64,000 nt of DNA from Sneathiella sp. GTDB taxonomy: Bacteria; Pseudomonadota; Alphaproteobacteria; Sneathiellales; Sneathiellaceae. Below the pieces are notes generated by a model. It saw nothing but the letters and a program-made list of their open reading frames with translations. It was not told the DNA's origin and made no database searches. The position numbers and the translations under genes were made by a program. This document shows, one piece after another, positions 42,231 through 52,266 of the stretch. The DNA lies in NCBI GenBank assembly GCA_016764355.1, contig JAESSA010000009.1, positions 1,524 through 65,523 of the forward strand. The letters are read 5' to 3'. The stretch's first letter is position 1. The number at the start of each line of letters is the position of its first letter.

Positions 42231-43892
42231 TCAAACCCGTTTTTTGTCATATTCACCGCGAACACCCGTTCCATACCGCTGCAACGCCCCGGTCTCTCCG
42301 ACGGCATTTGGCCGCTGAAAAATCCAGTTTTGCCATGCTGTCAGTCGCCCGAAAATGCGCGTTTCCATTGTCTCAGGGCCCGCAAATCTTAAATTTGCTT
42401 CCATTCCCGTAAGGGCATCTGGGGAGAAATTGGATCTTTCTTCTAGGAAAATACGAATTTCATCTTCCCAATCAATGTCGTCAAAACAATAAGTTACAAG
42501 CTCTAGCTCATCTGATTTATCAGAATTTAAAGGCTGACCAATATGGTTTTGGACGGCTTCAACCAATCCATCATCACTCAAAAAGCGAGTTTGTAAGCGC
42601 GTCAGGTTATTAGCCATAGGATACAGTCCGAAATTACTTTGACCTAAGGTGATCGTCGCCTCGCCGTGGTCATTGTCTTCAAACTCGCCTTCAGCCATAT
42701 AAGTTCGATCGACCGCGAACAGAATTTCGGCAAGCACACCGGCAAAGCAGGATCCGGGTTCAATAAGGGCGATGAGAGAACGGGATGTCATATCGATCCG
42801 TTTTAACACCCGCTTCCAATACAAAAGTATTTCATGAGCCAACCAGTGATCCTTATGCGTCATCAAGAATGATTCATGGGCAAGCACCGCAGTTGCATCG
42901 CCGCGAGTAGTGAAAATCAGGTTACCCAGCTCTAACTCATTCAGGCGAAGATGAAGCAGGGCGTCATCCAATTCCCTTGCACATCGTAGCATCCAAGTAT
43001 CTGATCCCTGTTCCACTAAATCCGTAAGGGATACCGGGACGGCACTATCAGGGCCCTCAATTGAAATGGTTGCAGAACGGCCGGTACGATCAACAGTGAC
43101 GTTCACAGAAGAATATTTTACATCCCCATTTTCTTCAAAAGAGCGATATAGGGGATTAAGCTCAATGCCTGCGTCTGAAGCGGCCCTTGTCGAGTTTGCA
43201 GCAAACTCGCCTGCTCTTTGTTCAACAGTCTCTGCAAACTTTGAATTGGTAATCACCTCATCCACCAAGTTCCAACTTTTAGCCCGCGCCCCTTTAATGC
43301 CTTCGACCAAAGAGCAAAAGACATCGGCACGATCCCTGCGAATTTTCCGTTTATCGGTCAATCGGGTCAGACCGCCAGTTCCGGGAAGGACCGCCAAAAG
43401 GGGAACTTCAGGCAGGGCGACTGCGGCAGACCCATCGTCCGTTAGCATAATATAGTCGCACGCAAGGGCTAGTTCATACCCGCCGCCTGCACATGTACCA
43501 TTGATTGCGGCAATATAATGCTGCCCTGATTCTGCACCGGCAGCTTCAAAGGTATTTCTGGTTTCATTGGTGAATTTACAAAAATTTACCTTATGAGCAT
43601 GAGCGGCATTGCCGAGCATTTTGATATTAGCACCGGCACAAAAAACACGATCTTTACCGGACTGCAAAATCACTGCTTTGATTTCAGGGTGCTCGAACCT
43701 CATGCGTTGCACAACATCGGCAAGTTCAATATCAACGCCAAGATCATAGGAATTGAGCTTCAGCTGGTAGCCATCAAACAACCCACCATCCTCATCAACA
43801 TCCATGTAAAGATTAGCGACCTCCCCTTCATAGGTCACACGCCAATGGCGGTAAGAAGTTGGATCAACTTGAAAATCAATAAGGTTGCTCAC
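42231..43892 (-). CDS. boxC: 2,3-epoxybenzoyl-CoA dihydrolase BoxC
   Basis: LKLNSYDLGVDIEL, KVNFCKFTNETR, crotonase motif AGGGYELALA, RLTAWQNWIFQRPNA. Confidence 0.96.
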   Translation of the reverse strand: MSNLIDFQVDPTSYRHWRVTYEGEVANLYMDVDEDGGLFDGYQLKLNSYDLGVDIELADVVQRMRFEHPEIKAVILQSGKDRVFCAGANIKMLGNAAHAHKVNFCKFTNETRNTFEAAGAESGQHYIAAINGTCAGGGYELALACDYIMLTDDGSAAVALPEVPLLAVLPGTGGLTRLTDKRKIRRDRADVFCSLVEGIKGARAKSWNLVDEVITNSKFAETVEQRAGEFAANSTRAASDAGIELNPLYRSFEENGDVKYSSVNVTVDRTGRSATISIEGPDSAVPVSLTDLVEQGSDTWMLRCARELDDALLHLRLNELELGNLIFTTRGDATAVLAHESFLMTHKDHWLAHEILLYWKRVLKRIDMTSRSLIALIEPGSCFAGVLAEILFAVDRTYMAEGEFEDNDHGEATITLGQSNFGLYPMANNLTRLQTRFLSDDGLVEAVQNHIGQPLNSDKSDELELVTYCFDDIDWEDEIRIFLEERSNFSPDALTGMEANLRFAGPETMETRIFGRLTAWQNWIFQRPNAVGETGALQRYGTGVRGEYDKKRV

Positions 43893-43921
43893 GCATCATC
43901 TCCCGAGACAATAATTATTTA

Positions 43922-44020
43922 TGCACAATAATGCACATTAACTTCATTTGTCCAGCAAATAACCAAATTTCAAGTTTTCTAAAAGCGAATTAGAGGAGCC
44001 ATCGCATGCATTTTAATGCA
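43922..44020. promoter_or_regulatory. Two TGCA-N6-TGCA dyads upstream of boxC (putative BoxR operators)
   Basis: TGCAcaataaTGCA at 43922-43935 and TGCAttttaaTGCA at 44007-44020. BzdR-family repressors are known to bind TGCA-containing sites. Confidence 0.7.
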
Positions 44021-44029
44021 CCTTTCAAA

Positions 44030-44815
44030 TTATTTTCTGTTTAAAAACTGTAAAATCATGCTCATCACCTCATCCGCACACTGGATATGCGGTGAATGCC
44101 CACAGTCTTTTAATACCTCCAAACGAAGAGGTGAATTTAAGTGTCGCTTTAAAGAATCCAGCTGTCTTAATGTTCCATATTCGTCAGCATCCCCTTGGAT
44201 CGCCATAACAGGCGGGGATATATCTTTTAAAATCGCTTCAATATTCCAACTCGCAAATTTAGGGTTCAACCAAGCATTATTCCATTCCCAAAAGGCATTA
44301 TCTACATCAGAATGATAAGAAGACAAACGGTCCCTCAAATCCCCCGACTCATATGCTTCACGCGCCGCTTTAATAGCTTCAACACTTATAGTTTCAACAA
44401 AAAAGTGCGGCGCCATCAAAATTATCCCGAGAATTCTATCATCTACGATATGGCCCCCGTAAAGGGCGGCGATTGACGCCCCGTCGCTATGTCCCAGTAA
44501 GTACCCTTGCTGAAATCCCATATATGACAAAACATCGGGCAAAACTGATTGCGCTTCCTGTGTCATATAATCTAGGGGCCTTGGAAGTGTTGCAAGGCTT
44601 GATGCGCCATATCCTTGCCGAGAATAGACGAATACTCCGCAACCGGTCTCCTTTGATATACGAGTTGGAAAATCTCTCCAAAGAGCAACAGAGCCTAACC
44701 CTTCATGAAGAAGGATTATTGTTTTGGCTTTATTGGGTGCAGGGCCAATGCACTGCCCTTCTAGCGAAACACCTTTTACGTCAAACTTAAAAACACCTTC
44801 ATTTGACCAAATCAC
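44030..44815 (-). CDS. Alpha/beta hydrolase associated with the box cluster
   Basis: LLHEGLGS, GHSDG nucleophile elbow, QGDADEYG and CGHSPH. GTGA overlap with the CoA ligase stop. Confidence 0.9.
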   Translation of the reverse strand: MIWSNEGVFKFDVKGVSLEGQCIGPAPNKAKTIILLHEGLGSVALWRDFPTRISKETGCGVFVYSRQGYGASSLATLPRPLDYMTQEAQSVLPDVLSYMGFQQGYLLGHSDGASIAALYGGHIVDDRILGIILMAPHFFVETISVEAIKAAREAYESGDLRDRLSSYHSDVDNAFWEWNNAWLNPKFASWNIEAILKDISPPVMAIQGDADEYGTLRQLDSLKRHLNSPLRLEVLKDCGHSPHIQCADEVMSMILQFLNRK

Positions 44816-46365
44816 ACGCGGGTCCAGCCATCCCGTAATTTGAAACGTTGAATTTTCCCAGTTGCGGTTTTTGGCAAATCATCTACAAAAATAATCCAAC
44901 GAGGGTATTTCCATTTACCTACGGCTTGTTTCACATGATTTATCAAATCCTGTTCCACATCCGTCCCTACAATTCCCGCCTGTAGCACAACATAAGCTTT
45001 TGGTTTTTCAAGTTTATCTGAATCCATAGCAGGCACAACAGCGGCTTCTAGCACTGCCGGATGTTCAATAAGGGCTTGCTCTACTTCAAAAGGGGATACC
45101 CAGATCCCACTCACTTTGAACATATCGTCTGTCCGCCCGCAGTAGACATAACGGCCATCTTCGCGGCGTTCATACTTATCCCCAGTTCGCGTCCAGTGGC
45201 CTTCAAAAGTAGTTTTGCTTTTCTCCCGTTGGTTCCAATAATCGCTGGCAGTCGAGTCTCCTTTAACCAGTAGCTCCCCAATATCGCCAGTTTTTACGCT
45301 CCCGCCTTGATCATCAACTAGCCGAAGTTCATACCCCGGCACAGCCACTCCTGAAGTACCGTAAGCAACGTCGTTTGGAATGTTCGATAAGAAAATATGC
45401 AGCATTTCTGTTGAACCCACACCATCGAGGATTTCAACATTGATCAACTCGCTCCACTTCCTTCCAATCTCGCTGGGCAGGGCTTCCCCTGCAGAAATAC
45501 ACCGGCGAAGCGTATCAAAGCCATCTGGGCGGCTCCCTTTCATCGCAGCGAGCAAGGCTGCGTACAAGGTTGGAACACCGCAGAAAATGGACGGCTTGAA
45601 TTTTTTCATAATGTCAAAGACAGCATCCGGCGTCGGTCGTTGTGGGTATAAAACAGTCGTTGCCCCAACGGACATAGGAAAGGTCATGCCATTTCCAAGG
45701 CCGTAAGCAAAAAACAACTTCGCGACTGAATAGACCACATCCGATGTCTCAATTCCCAGCACCTTCGCGCCATAAGTCTCCGAAGTTGCCTGGAGCGCAC
45801 TATGGACATGTCGCACCCCTTTTGGTTTGCCTGTTGATCCGGAAGAGTAAAGCCAGAAGGCGCATTCATCTGCAGAGGCCGCACGTGTCGGACGCCTTTC
45901 ACACTCTAACAAGGCATCTGAGAAAGAGACGTATTTTTCAGGTGCCTCGCCAATGACAAAGACCACCTTAATGTGCGGCGCGTGTTTTAATGCCGGCTCG
46001 ACGACAGGTAAAAGCTCGGCTGATACAAAAAGGGCTTTTGCACGGGCATCGGACAATATGGCGGCATATAAATCCGTTGAGAGAAGGGTATTAATTGGAA
46101 TTGGGATAATGCCGGCTTTCAGGCTTCCCCAAAAAATGACCGGAAATTCGATGCAATCGAGTGTGATCATTGCCGCCCGATCTTCAGCGCCCAGTCCATG
46201 GCGTTCATATAAATGGGCTAATTTTCCAGACTGGGCCCCAAGTGCTTCATAAGTCAGGGATCGTTGCTCTTTCGTCCCTTCGATAAAAGCTATTTTTTGC
46301 GCATTACCCCCAGTTTCCTGCCGGTCCACAAAATAGATTGCTGCATTTCCCTGATCGTTTTCCAA
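44812..46365 (-). CDS. bclA: Benzoate--CoA ligase
   Basis: FWLYSSGSTGKPKG, AKLFFAYGLGN, DGVGSTEMLHIFLSN and PKTATGKIQRFKLR motifs. TTG start after GGAGAG. Box-cluster context. Confidence 0.93.
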   Translation of the reverse strand: MENDQGNAAIYFVDRQETGGNAQKIAFIEGTKEQRSLTYEALGAQSGKLAHLYERHGLGAEDRAAMITLDCIEFPVIFWGSLKAGIIPIPINTLLSTDLYAAILSDARAKALFVSAELLPVVEPALKHAPHIKVVFVIGEAPEKYVSFSDALLECERRPTRAASADECAFWLYSSGSTGKPKGVRHVHSALQATSETYGAKVLGIETSDVVYSVAKLFFAYGLGNGMTFPMSVGATTVLYPQRPTPDAVFDIMKKFKPSIFCGVPTLYAALLAAMKGSRPDGFDTLRRCISAGEALPSEIGRKWSELINVEILDGVGSTEMLHIFLSNIPNDVAYGTSGVAVPGYELRLVDDQGGSVKTGDIGELLVKGDSTASDYWNQREKSKTTFEGHWTRTGDKYERREDGRYVYCGRTDDMFKVSGIWVSPFEVEQALIEHPAVLEAAVVPAMDSDKLEKPKAYVVLQAGIVGTDVEQDLINHVKQAVGKWKYPRWIIFVDDLPKTATGKIQRFKLRDGWTRV

Positions 46366-46492
46366 ACCAACACTCTCCCAAAGTTGCTTGTTTTTTAACC
46401 GATCATAGACATATCAAAAATCATTACACAACAGATTGCTTAAAAAAAAACGTGGATGCAAACAGTGTCGACCCTATAAATTAAGCTGCGGG

Positions 46493-47173
46493 TTAAACTT
46501 CAATCAAATGATGATCGCGAACATGGACAATGCGATCCATACGAGAGGCAAGCTCTGTGTTATGGGTTGCAACTAAAGCCGCTACATTTTGTTTTCGAAC
46601 TAAATCTACAAAATTTTGGAAAACAATTTCCGCCGTATCTTCATCCAAATTACCCGTAGGCTCATCTGCAAGCAACACGGATGGATTATTTGCCATAGCA
46701 CGGGCAATGGCAACCCGTTGCTGCTCGCCCCCCGACAACTTTGCCGGGCGATGTGTTAGGCGGTGCTCAAGCCCCATAATGGTTAAAAGCTCCGTCGCCT
46801 TTTGCTTCGATTTGGCCTTGGCAATACCAGATATCAAATTGGGCATCATGACATTTTCTAGCGCCGAAAATTCGGGTAACAGATGGTGAAATTGATACAC
46901 AAAACCAATTTCGTTCCGGCGCATTTCTGTTCTGCGCTTATCAGAAGATTTTGTGCAATCGGTTCCGTTTATAGTGACCGTTCCAACGCTGGGTGGTTCT
47001 AACAGACCGGCAATCTGCAAAAGCGTTGATTTACCAGAGCCTGATTGACCGAGCAATGCAACTATTTCACCGGATTTAACTTCTAGATTAACATCCTTCA
47101 AGATAAGAAGATCTTCACCTGCTTGTTTGAAGGAGCGTCCCATATTCTGAAGCTTTAAAACCACATCACTCAT
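46493..47173 (-). CDS. lolD: Lipoprotein-releasing ABC transporter ATPase
   Basis: GQSGSGKST, YQFHHLLPEFSALEN, LSGGEQQR and DEPTGNLD motifs. Confidence 0.95.
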   Translation of the reverse strand: MSDVVLKLQNMGRSFKQAGEDLLILKDVNLEVKSGEIVALLGQSGSGKSTLLQIAGLLEPPSVGTVTINGTDCTKSSDKRRTEMRRNEIGFVYQFHHLLPEFSALENVMMPNLISGIAKAKSKQKATELLTIMGLEHRLTHRPAKLSGGEQQRVAIARAMANNPSVLLADEPTGNLDEDTAEIVFQNFVDLVRKQNVAALVATHNTELASRMDRIVHVRDHHLIEV

Positions 47174-48413
47174 ATCGGAGTGCCTCCACCGGATCGAGGC
47201 GGGCTGCCCGCCAGGATGGATAGATTGTTGCTGCTAGGGAGATAACCAAGGCCATGATAACGACCGTTGTCACCTCACCTGGATCAACTTTTGCCGGTAG
47301 ATGAGACAAGAAGTAAATTTCAGCTGAAAACAACTCGGCCCCAGTAAGACCTTCAATAAAGTTCTTAATAGAGTCGATATTTGCGCAAAATCCAATACCG
47401 AGGAGAAATCCAAACAAAGTGCCGATCACCCCAACGCTGGCTCCAGCGATAAAGAAAACGCGCATAATCATCCCGCGTGTCGCGCCCATGGTTCGCAAAA
47501 TCGCCACATCCCTGCCTTTATCCTTCACCAACATGATCAGGCTGGACACAATATTGAAAGCGGCAACCAGAATAATCAGGGTCAGGATAAGGAACATCAC
47601 GTTCCTTTCAACCTCAAGGGCGTTAAAGAAACTAGCCCTTGATTGCTGCCAATCATAGATATACGCCCGAATATTCACTGCATTGATAATCTCAGAGCGG
47701 ATCGAGAGCGCTTTATCAGGGTCCGTCGCAAAAACCTCTAAGGAAGTGACCCCTTTGCCCAACCTGAAATACTTTTGTGCTGCGGCAAGGGACATATAAA
47801 TATAGCCGTTATCATATTCATACATGCCCGTATTGAATAATCCAGAGACGGTGTAGGTTTTGACCCGTGGCATGGTGCCAAAAGCTGTGGCAGTCCCTTT
47901 AGGGGATAAAAGCCGTACCTTGTCACCGGCATTCACCCCTAACGAAGCTGCAAGCCGATGCCCGATAATAACTGATTTTCCCGTATCAAACCCGTCTAAG
48001 GAGCCTGCAATGATGTTGGATGATAAAACGGTGAGATCTTTAAGCTCTTCCGGTGCCATGCCGCGCACCAATGCGCCACTTGCCTGCGCACCACTTGCCG
48101 CCATCACTTGCCCCTGCACCAACGGAGATACACGAACGACATGCTTCACACTGGAGAGTCTTTTCACAACTGGCTCATAATCTACAAGCAACCCGTTATC
48201 AGGCGCTTTGATTTCGTAATGACCATTCATTCCCAGAATTCGGTCCAAAAGATCTGCACGAAAGCCGTTCATTACCGACATAACGATAATAAGCGTTGCT
48301 ACTCCGAGCCCTATTCCCAAAAGTGAGAAAAGAGCAATGACGGAGATGAAGCCTTCCTGCCGACGCGCCCGGAGATACCGGAGCGCTAAGGTCCATTCAA
48401 ATCTAGAAAACAA
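47166..48413 (-). CDS. lolC: Lipoprotein-releasing ABC transporter permease (LolC/E family)
   Basis: MSVMNGF, VAAFNIVSSLIMLVKDK and YPSWRAARLDPVEALRYE motifs. Confidence 0.95.
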   Translation of the reverse strand: MFSRFEWTLALRYLRARRQEGFISVIALFSLLGIGLGVATLIIVMSVMNGFRADLLDRILGMNGHYEIKAPDNGLLVDYEPVVKRLSSVKHVVRVSPLVQGQVMAASGAQASGALVRGMAPEELKDLTVLSSNIIAGSLDGFDTGKSVIIGHRLAASLGVNAGDKVRLLSPKGTATAFGTMPRVKTYTVSGLFNTGMYEYDNGYIYMSLAAAQKYFRLGKGVTSLEVFATDPDKALSIRSEIINAVNIRAYIYDWQQSRASFFNALEVERNVMFLILTLIILVAAFNIVSSLIMLVKDKGRDVAILRTMGATRGMIMRVFFIAGASVGVIGTLFGFLLGIGFCANIDSIKNFIEGLTGAELFSAEIYFLSHLPAKVDPGEVTTVVIMALVISLAATIYPSWRAARLDPVEALRYE

Positions 48414-48418
48414 AATGC

Positions 48419-49732
48419 CTAGCCTGCCAATCGCTTGAGGGCATCCTCTGGAGAAAGCTCTTCTTTAACTCCAGTCGCCCGGTTTTTAAACTCAACAACG
48501 CCAGACTTAAGGCCGCGCGGACCAATCGTAACTTGCCAAGGCAAGCCAATAAGGTCCATTTTCGCAAATTTTCCGCCGGCCCGGTCAGACGTATCATCAT
48601 ACAACACATCGACGCCTGCATTCTGCAATTTAGCATACAAGTCGTCGCAAGCTGTATCACAGGCGTCATCACCAGACTTAAGGTTGATCAAGCCAACTTT
48701 AAAGGGCGAAATCTCTTCTGGCCAAATGATACCGTTCTCATCATGGCTGGATTCAATAATTCCGCCGACAAGACGAGACACGCCAATACCGTATGATCCC
48801 ATAGATACAGGGACATCTTTCCCATCAGGTCCCGTAACATTCGCGCCCATTGCTTTTGAATATTTATCGCCAAAATGGAAGATATGCCCAACTTCAATAC
48901 CGCGCCGAGTGATCAGATCGCCCTCCGCGACAGTGCATTCCTCTGGTTTATGCATCTCGTCTGCTGCCGCGTAATAGCTTGTCCACTCATCAACAACCGC
49001 TTGCAATTCTTCTGGTGTGCGTTCTTTTTCTTCCGGTGTCTCTAAGTTCAGGATGTCTTTATGGTAAAAGACTTCACTCTCCCCGGTATCTGCAAGGATA
49101 ATGAATTCATGGGATAGATCTCCGCCAATTGGACCCGTATCAGCCCGAAGCGGGATGGCCTGAAGACCCAGACGCGCATATGTCTTCAGATAGGCCACAA
49201 ACATGCGATTATAGGCAATTTTAGACTTTTCAGGGTCCAAATCGAATGAATAGGCATCTTTCATCAAGAATTCACGGCCCCGCATAATACCAAAACGGGG
49301 GCGCACTTCATCTCGGAACTTCCACTGAATATGATACAGATTAAGAGGAAGGTCTTTATAGCTTTTCACGTTAGAGCGAAAAATATCCGTTACCTGCTCT
49401 TCATTGGTCGGGCCAAACAGCATTTCACGATTATGGCGATCAGTAATGCGAAGCATTTCTTTACCGTAATCATCATAACGGTTTGATTCCCGCCACAAGT
49501 CGGCAGGCTGAATTGTTGGCATTAGAATCTCCAAGGCACCTGCCTTGTTTTGCTCTTCACGAACAATTTTTTCAATATTCTTCAAAACCATAAGGCCAAG
49601 AGGCAGCCAGGAATAAATACCTGCAGATGATTGCTGCACCATTCCGGCGCGCAACATCAGCCTGTGCGACGCAATTTGAGCTTCTTTTGGATCTTCTTTT
49701 AATGTTGGCATAAAGAAACGAGAAAGACGCAT
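48419..49732 (-). CDS. proS: Proline--tRNA ligase (short alphaproteobacterial type)
   Basis: [23 protein letters not shown] and GSYGIGVSR motifs. Start ATG 49732. Confidence 0.98.
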   Translation of the reverse strand: MRLSRFFMPTLKEDPKEAQIASHRLMLRAGMVQQSSAGIYSWLPLGLMVLKNIEKIVREEQNKAGALEILMPTIQPADLWRESNRYDDYGKEMLRITDRHNREMLFGPTNEEQVTDIFRSNVKSYKDLPLNLYHIQWKFRDEVRPRFGIMRGREFLMKDAYSFDLDPEKSKIAYNRMFVAYLKTYARLGLQAIPLRADTGPIGGDLSHEFIILADTGESEVFYHKDILNLETPEEKERTPEELQAVVDEWTSYYAAADEMHKPEECTVAEGDLITRRGIEVGHIFHFGDKYSKAMGANVTGPDGKDVPVSMGSYGIGVSRLVGGIIESSHDENGIIWPEEISPFKVGLINLKSGDDACDTACDDLYAKLQNAGVDVLYDDTSDRAGGKFAKMDLIGLPWQVTIGPRGLKSGVVEFKNRATGVKEELSPEDALKRLAG

Positions 49733-49849
49733 GGGGGCCTCTATAAATAACAAGGTTGAGTAATATGAAGAACCGGATCTTCAATTTAGCATTTTTCTGA
49801 CTTTTAAAGGGATTTGGGAAGAATGCAAGATTTATGGGCAACAAAAGCG

Positions 49850-50275
49850 TTAAGAATCTTTATCAGCGTATATTTCTTTGCACTTTACCGCGATAGCATG
49901 GAGCGCGGGATCGTTCAATTCCTGACCATTAAACTTCAGCTTCCCAGAAGCTAAATTATAATCCAGAACGCCGACTTGCACTTCTGCATTTTCCAGCCGC
50001 GGGTTCTTGTCTTTAAACAAATCCTTAATAGGTAGAGACAGGTCGATAATTATATTTTCGGGCAGGGTAAGTTTGTTTTCAGTCAAATCCGCAGGAGTAA
50101 CGGGGTTACCGCGCACGTCGACACCGGGTTTGTAAGCCACATCGTCATTGGCTATATGCTTCTCCACCCGTTTGCAATCGTCTTTTGTTACATTGATTTG
50201 AACGTCGGCGGCGACAGACGACGCGGCATAAATTATGAAAGCAGCAAAAACGCTTTTCGCTATGATGTGAGGCAC
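49850..50275 (-). CDS. Secreted hypothetical protein
   Basis: Signal peptide, two Cys, motif YKPGVDVRGNPVTPADL. Probable GTG start 50275 after GGAGA. Confidence 0.75.
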   Translation of the reverse strand: MPHIIAKSVFAAFIIYAASSVAADVQINVTKDDCKRVEKHIANDDVAYKPGVDVRGNPVTPADLTENKLTLPENIIIDLSLPIKDLFKDKNPRLENAEVQVGVLDYNLASGKLKFNGQELNDPALHAIAVKCKEIYADKDS

Positions 50276-50287
50276 TGCAATCTCCAA

Positions 50288-52246
50288 TTAATAAAGAGCG
50301 ACGAGTTCCTCTACTATACCGCGAGCCCCCTCAACACTCAAATGATCATCATCGAGGTAAAGGGTTCGACTGCCTTGTGCCACTTTGCAAGCCAAGTCAT
50401 CACATAACTTTTCATGGGGATATATGACGGCTGCTTTATTACTATCTTGTAACAGTTTAAGGGCAGGAAGTACTTTTGCTTGGCGGTGATCAAATTCCTG
50501 CCTACTCACAACAGGTAGATCTCCAATACCACTCCAAACTCGGACTAAGGTATCTGGTACATGAAATGCAATCTCTGGTACGGGACCAATAATAACAACT
50601 TTAACGCCAATTTCATTCAAAGCGTCAACGGTCCGAAGCAAGGCCGCTTTCAAGCTTATTTCCTGACTATCAGCTTTCAAATCAAAAATGGTGTGACTAC
50701 GCCCCCCATCCCCGGGGGATCGCACATCTGATCCAAGATTAGCCCAACGACTAGCAAGGACCACAGTGTCGACTTTATTGCCTTTGATATATTCAAGTAC
50801 CAGATCGACAAAAGCCGAACAGAGTTCGCGGTTTTTACGGCGCGTTGTCACAACGGAAATTAAGGGCGGACAATCGGGCATTCCAGCAGATATTACCCGT
50901 GTCTTGTCGGCGCCTTGAATGACGTAATGGGCGCGAACAATCATCCCTGAATGGGAGTCGCCCCAGAAGAGAATCTTTTTACCGTCAACTGGTCCAAAGT
51001 CACAGACTTTGAATTTAGAGAATTTATCACCCCCTAAGGAAAATTTATCTCTGCATTCAAATTTTCCATCCCGCTTCACCTGATTAACATCTTGTAAAAC
51101 CGCAAGGGATTTTTTGCTCATACGGTCGGTCAAACCATTCGTCTGGTTAATATAGACAAGGGCAGAAACACAGACAATCAGTCCCGCACACAATCCGGTA
51201 AAGACAAATTTGAAGGGAACTCCCCGTTTTGACAAAATCTTGTTTTCGACCAAATGCCAGGAAAGAGCGGCCCAGATAAAACTGAAGATCAGGATGGCAA
51301 CTTGTTCTTTAAGTTCCAACGGGCGGGATAAATAGAGACGGACAAAAACGATAACGGGCCAGTGAATAAGGTAAAGAGAATAGGATAGCCGTCCAATATA
51401 CCGAAAGGGCCGACTTCCCAGAAAATCACTTAGCCAATTGCGATGAAGGTGCCCGCTTAGGATCAACAAAGCCGCCCCCATTACGGGTAACAAGGCAATT
51501 TCGCCAGGATAGGCAACAAGATCATCAATGACAAAGATTGAAACCGCCAATAAAATGCAACCAGCAACACCCGATATTATGGCCCGGTTCCGTCCCCACC
51601 CCAGAGAACTCCCATAAAAGGCAACTATACCGCCTATCCCCAATTCCCAAAATCGGGACATGGGAAGATAAAAGGTATGGGTTTCATTTATCCTGAGGAA
51701 GATCACGTTATAAATGAAGGATGCTGCCGTTATAACCAGAATTACTTTGCGCGGAGAGGCCCTGCGCAGTGCCCACAAGCCCATCAAAATCAAGGGAATT
51801 AGAATATAAAACTGCTCTTCAACACCGAGTGACCACATATGAAGAAGCGGTTTTTGATGGGCAGCGTCAGCAAAATAGTCCGATCGGTCATTAAAGAATA
51901 TGTTAGCGCCAAAGACCAAGGCTGCCAGAGCACTGGCAGAATATTCTGTATATTCTCTTGGGCCCAAAATGAAATAGCCAACAACGGCTGAAAAGATCAG
52001 TATGAGTAAGAACGCTGGTAAAATACGCCGAATTCTTCGCTCAAAGAAATCTGCGAGGGAAAAAGTACTTGTCTCTAACCCATCAACAATTCTCGGAATA
52101 ATCAGATATCCTGAGATTACAAAGAAGATATCGACGCCGACGAAACCACCAGAAAAACTACTAAACCCAAGGTGAAAGGCAAAAATTGAGAGGACTGAAA
52201 CGGCCCTTAACCCATCAATATCAGCACGATAAGAGTAAATACTCAT
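50288..52246 (-). CDS. Acyltransferase-3 plus SGNH domain O-acyltransferase (OafA/OatA-like)
   Basis: RADIDGLRA, GGFVGVDIFFVISGYLI, HMWSLGVEEQFY, SYSLYLIHWP; SGNH catalytic GDSH and DDDH. Confidence 0.93.
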   Translation of the reverse strand: MSIYSYRADIDGLRAVSVLSIFAFHLGFSSFSGGFVGVDIFFVISGYLIIPRIVDGLETSTFSLADFFERRIRRILPAFLLILIFSAVVGYFILGPREYTEYSASALAALVFGANIFFNDRSDYFADAAHQKPLLHMWSLGVEEQFYILIPLILMGLWALRRASPRKVILVITAASFIYNVIFLRINETHTFYLPMSRFWELGIGGIVAFYGSSLGWGRNRAIISGVAGCILLAVSIFVIDDLVAYPGEIALLPVMGAALLILSGHLHRNWLSDFLGSRPFRYIGRLSYSLYLIHWPVIVFVRLYLSRPLELKEQVAILIFSFIWAALSWHLVENKILSKRGVPFKFVFTGLCAGLIVCVSALVYINQTNGLTDRMSKKSLAVLQDVNQVKRDGKFECRDKFSLGGDKFSKFKVCDFGPVDGKKILFWGDSHSGMIVRAHYVIQGADKTRVISAGMPDCPPLISVVTTRRKNRELCSAFVDLVLEYIKGNKVDTVVLASRWANLGSDVRSPGDGGRSHTIFDLKADSQEISLKAALLRTVDALNEIGVKVVIIGPVPEIAFHVPDTLVRVWSGIGDLPVVSRQEFDHRQAKVLPALKLLQDSNKAAVIYPHEKLCDDLACKVAQGSRTLYLDDDHLSVEGARGIVEELVALY

Positions 52247-52266
52247 ATTTTACACTAACTTCGATC

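Noticed and set aside
46442-46450. A9 tract upstream of bclA (and T9 at 2073-2081) as phase-variation sites
   Set aside because: Short intergenic A/T runs are common, and there is no evidence of variability.
39460-46492. Box cluster as a mobile element
   Set aside because: No integrase, transposase, tRNA site or terminal repeats are visible. It can only be called accessory.
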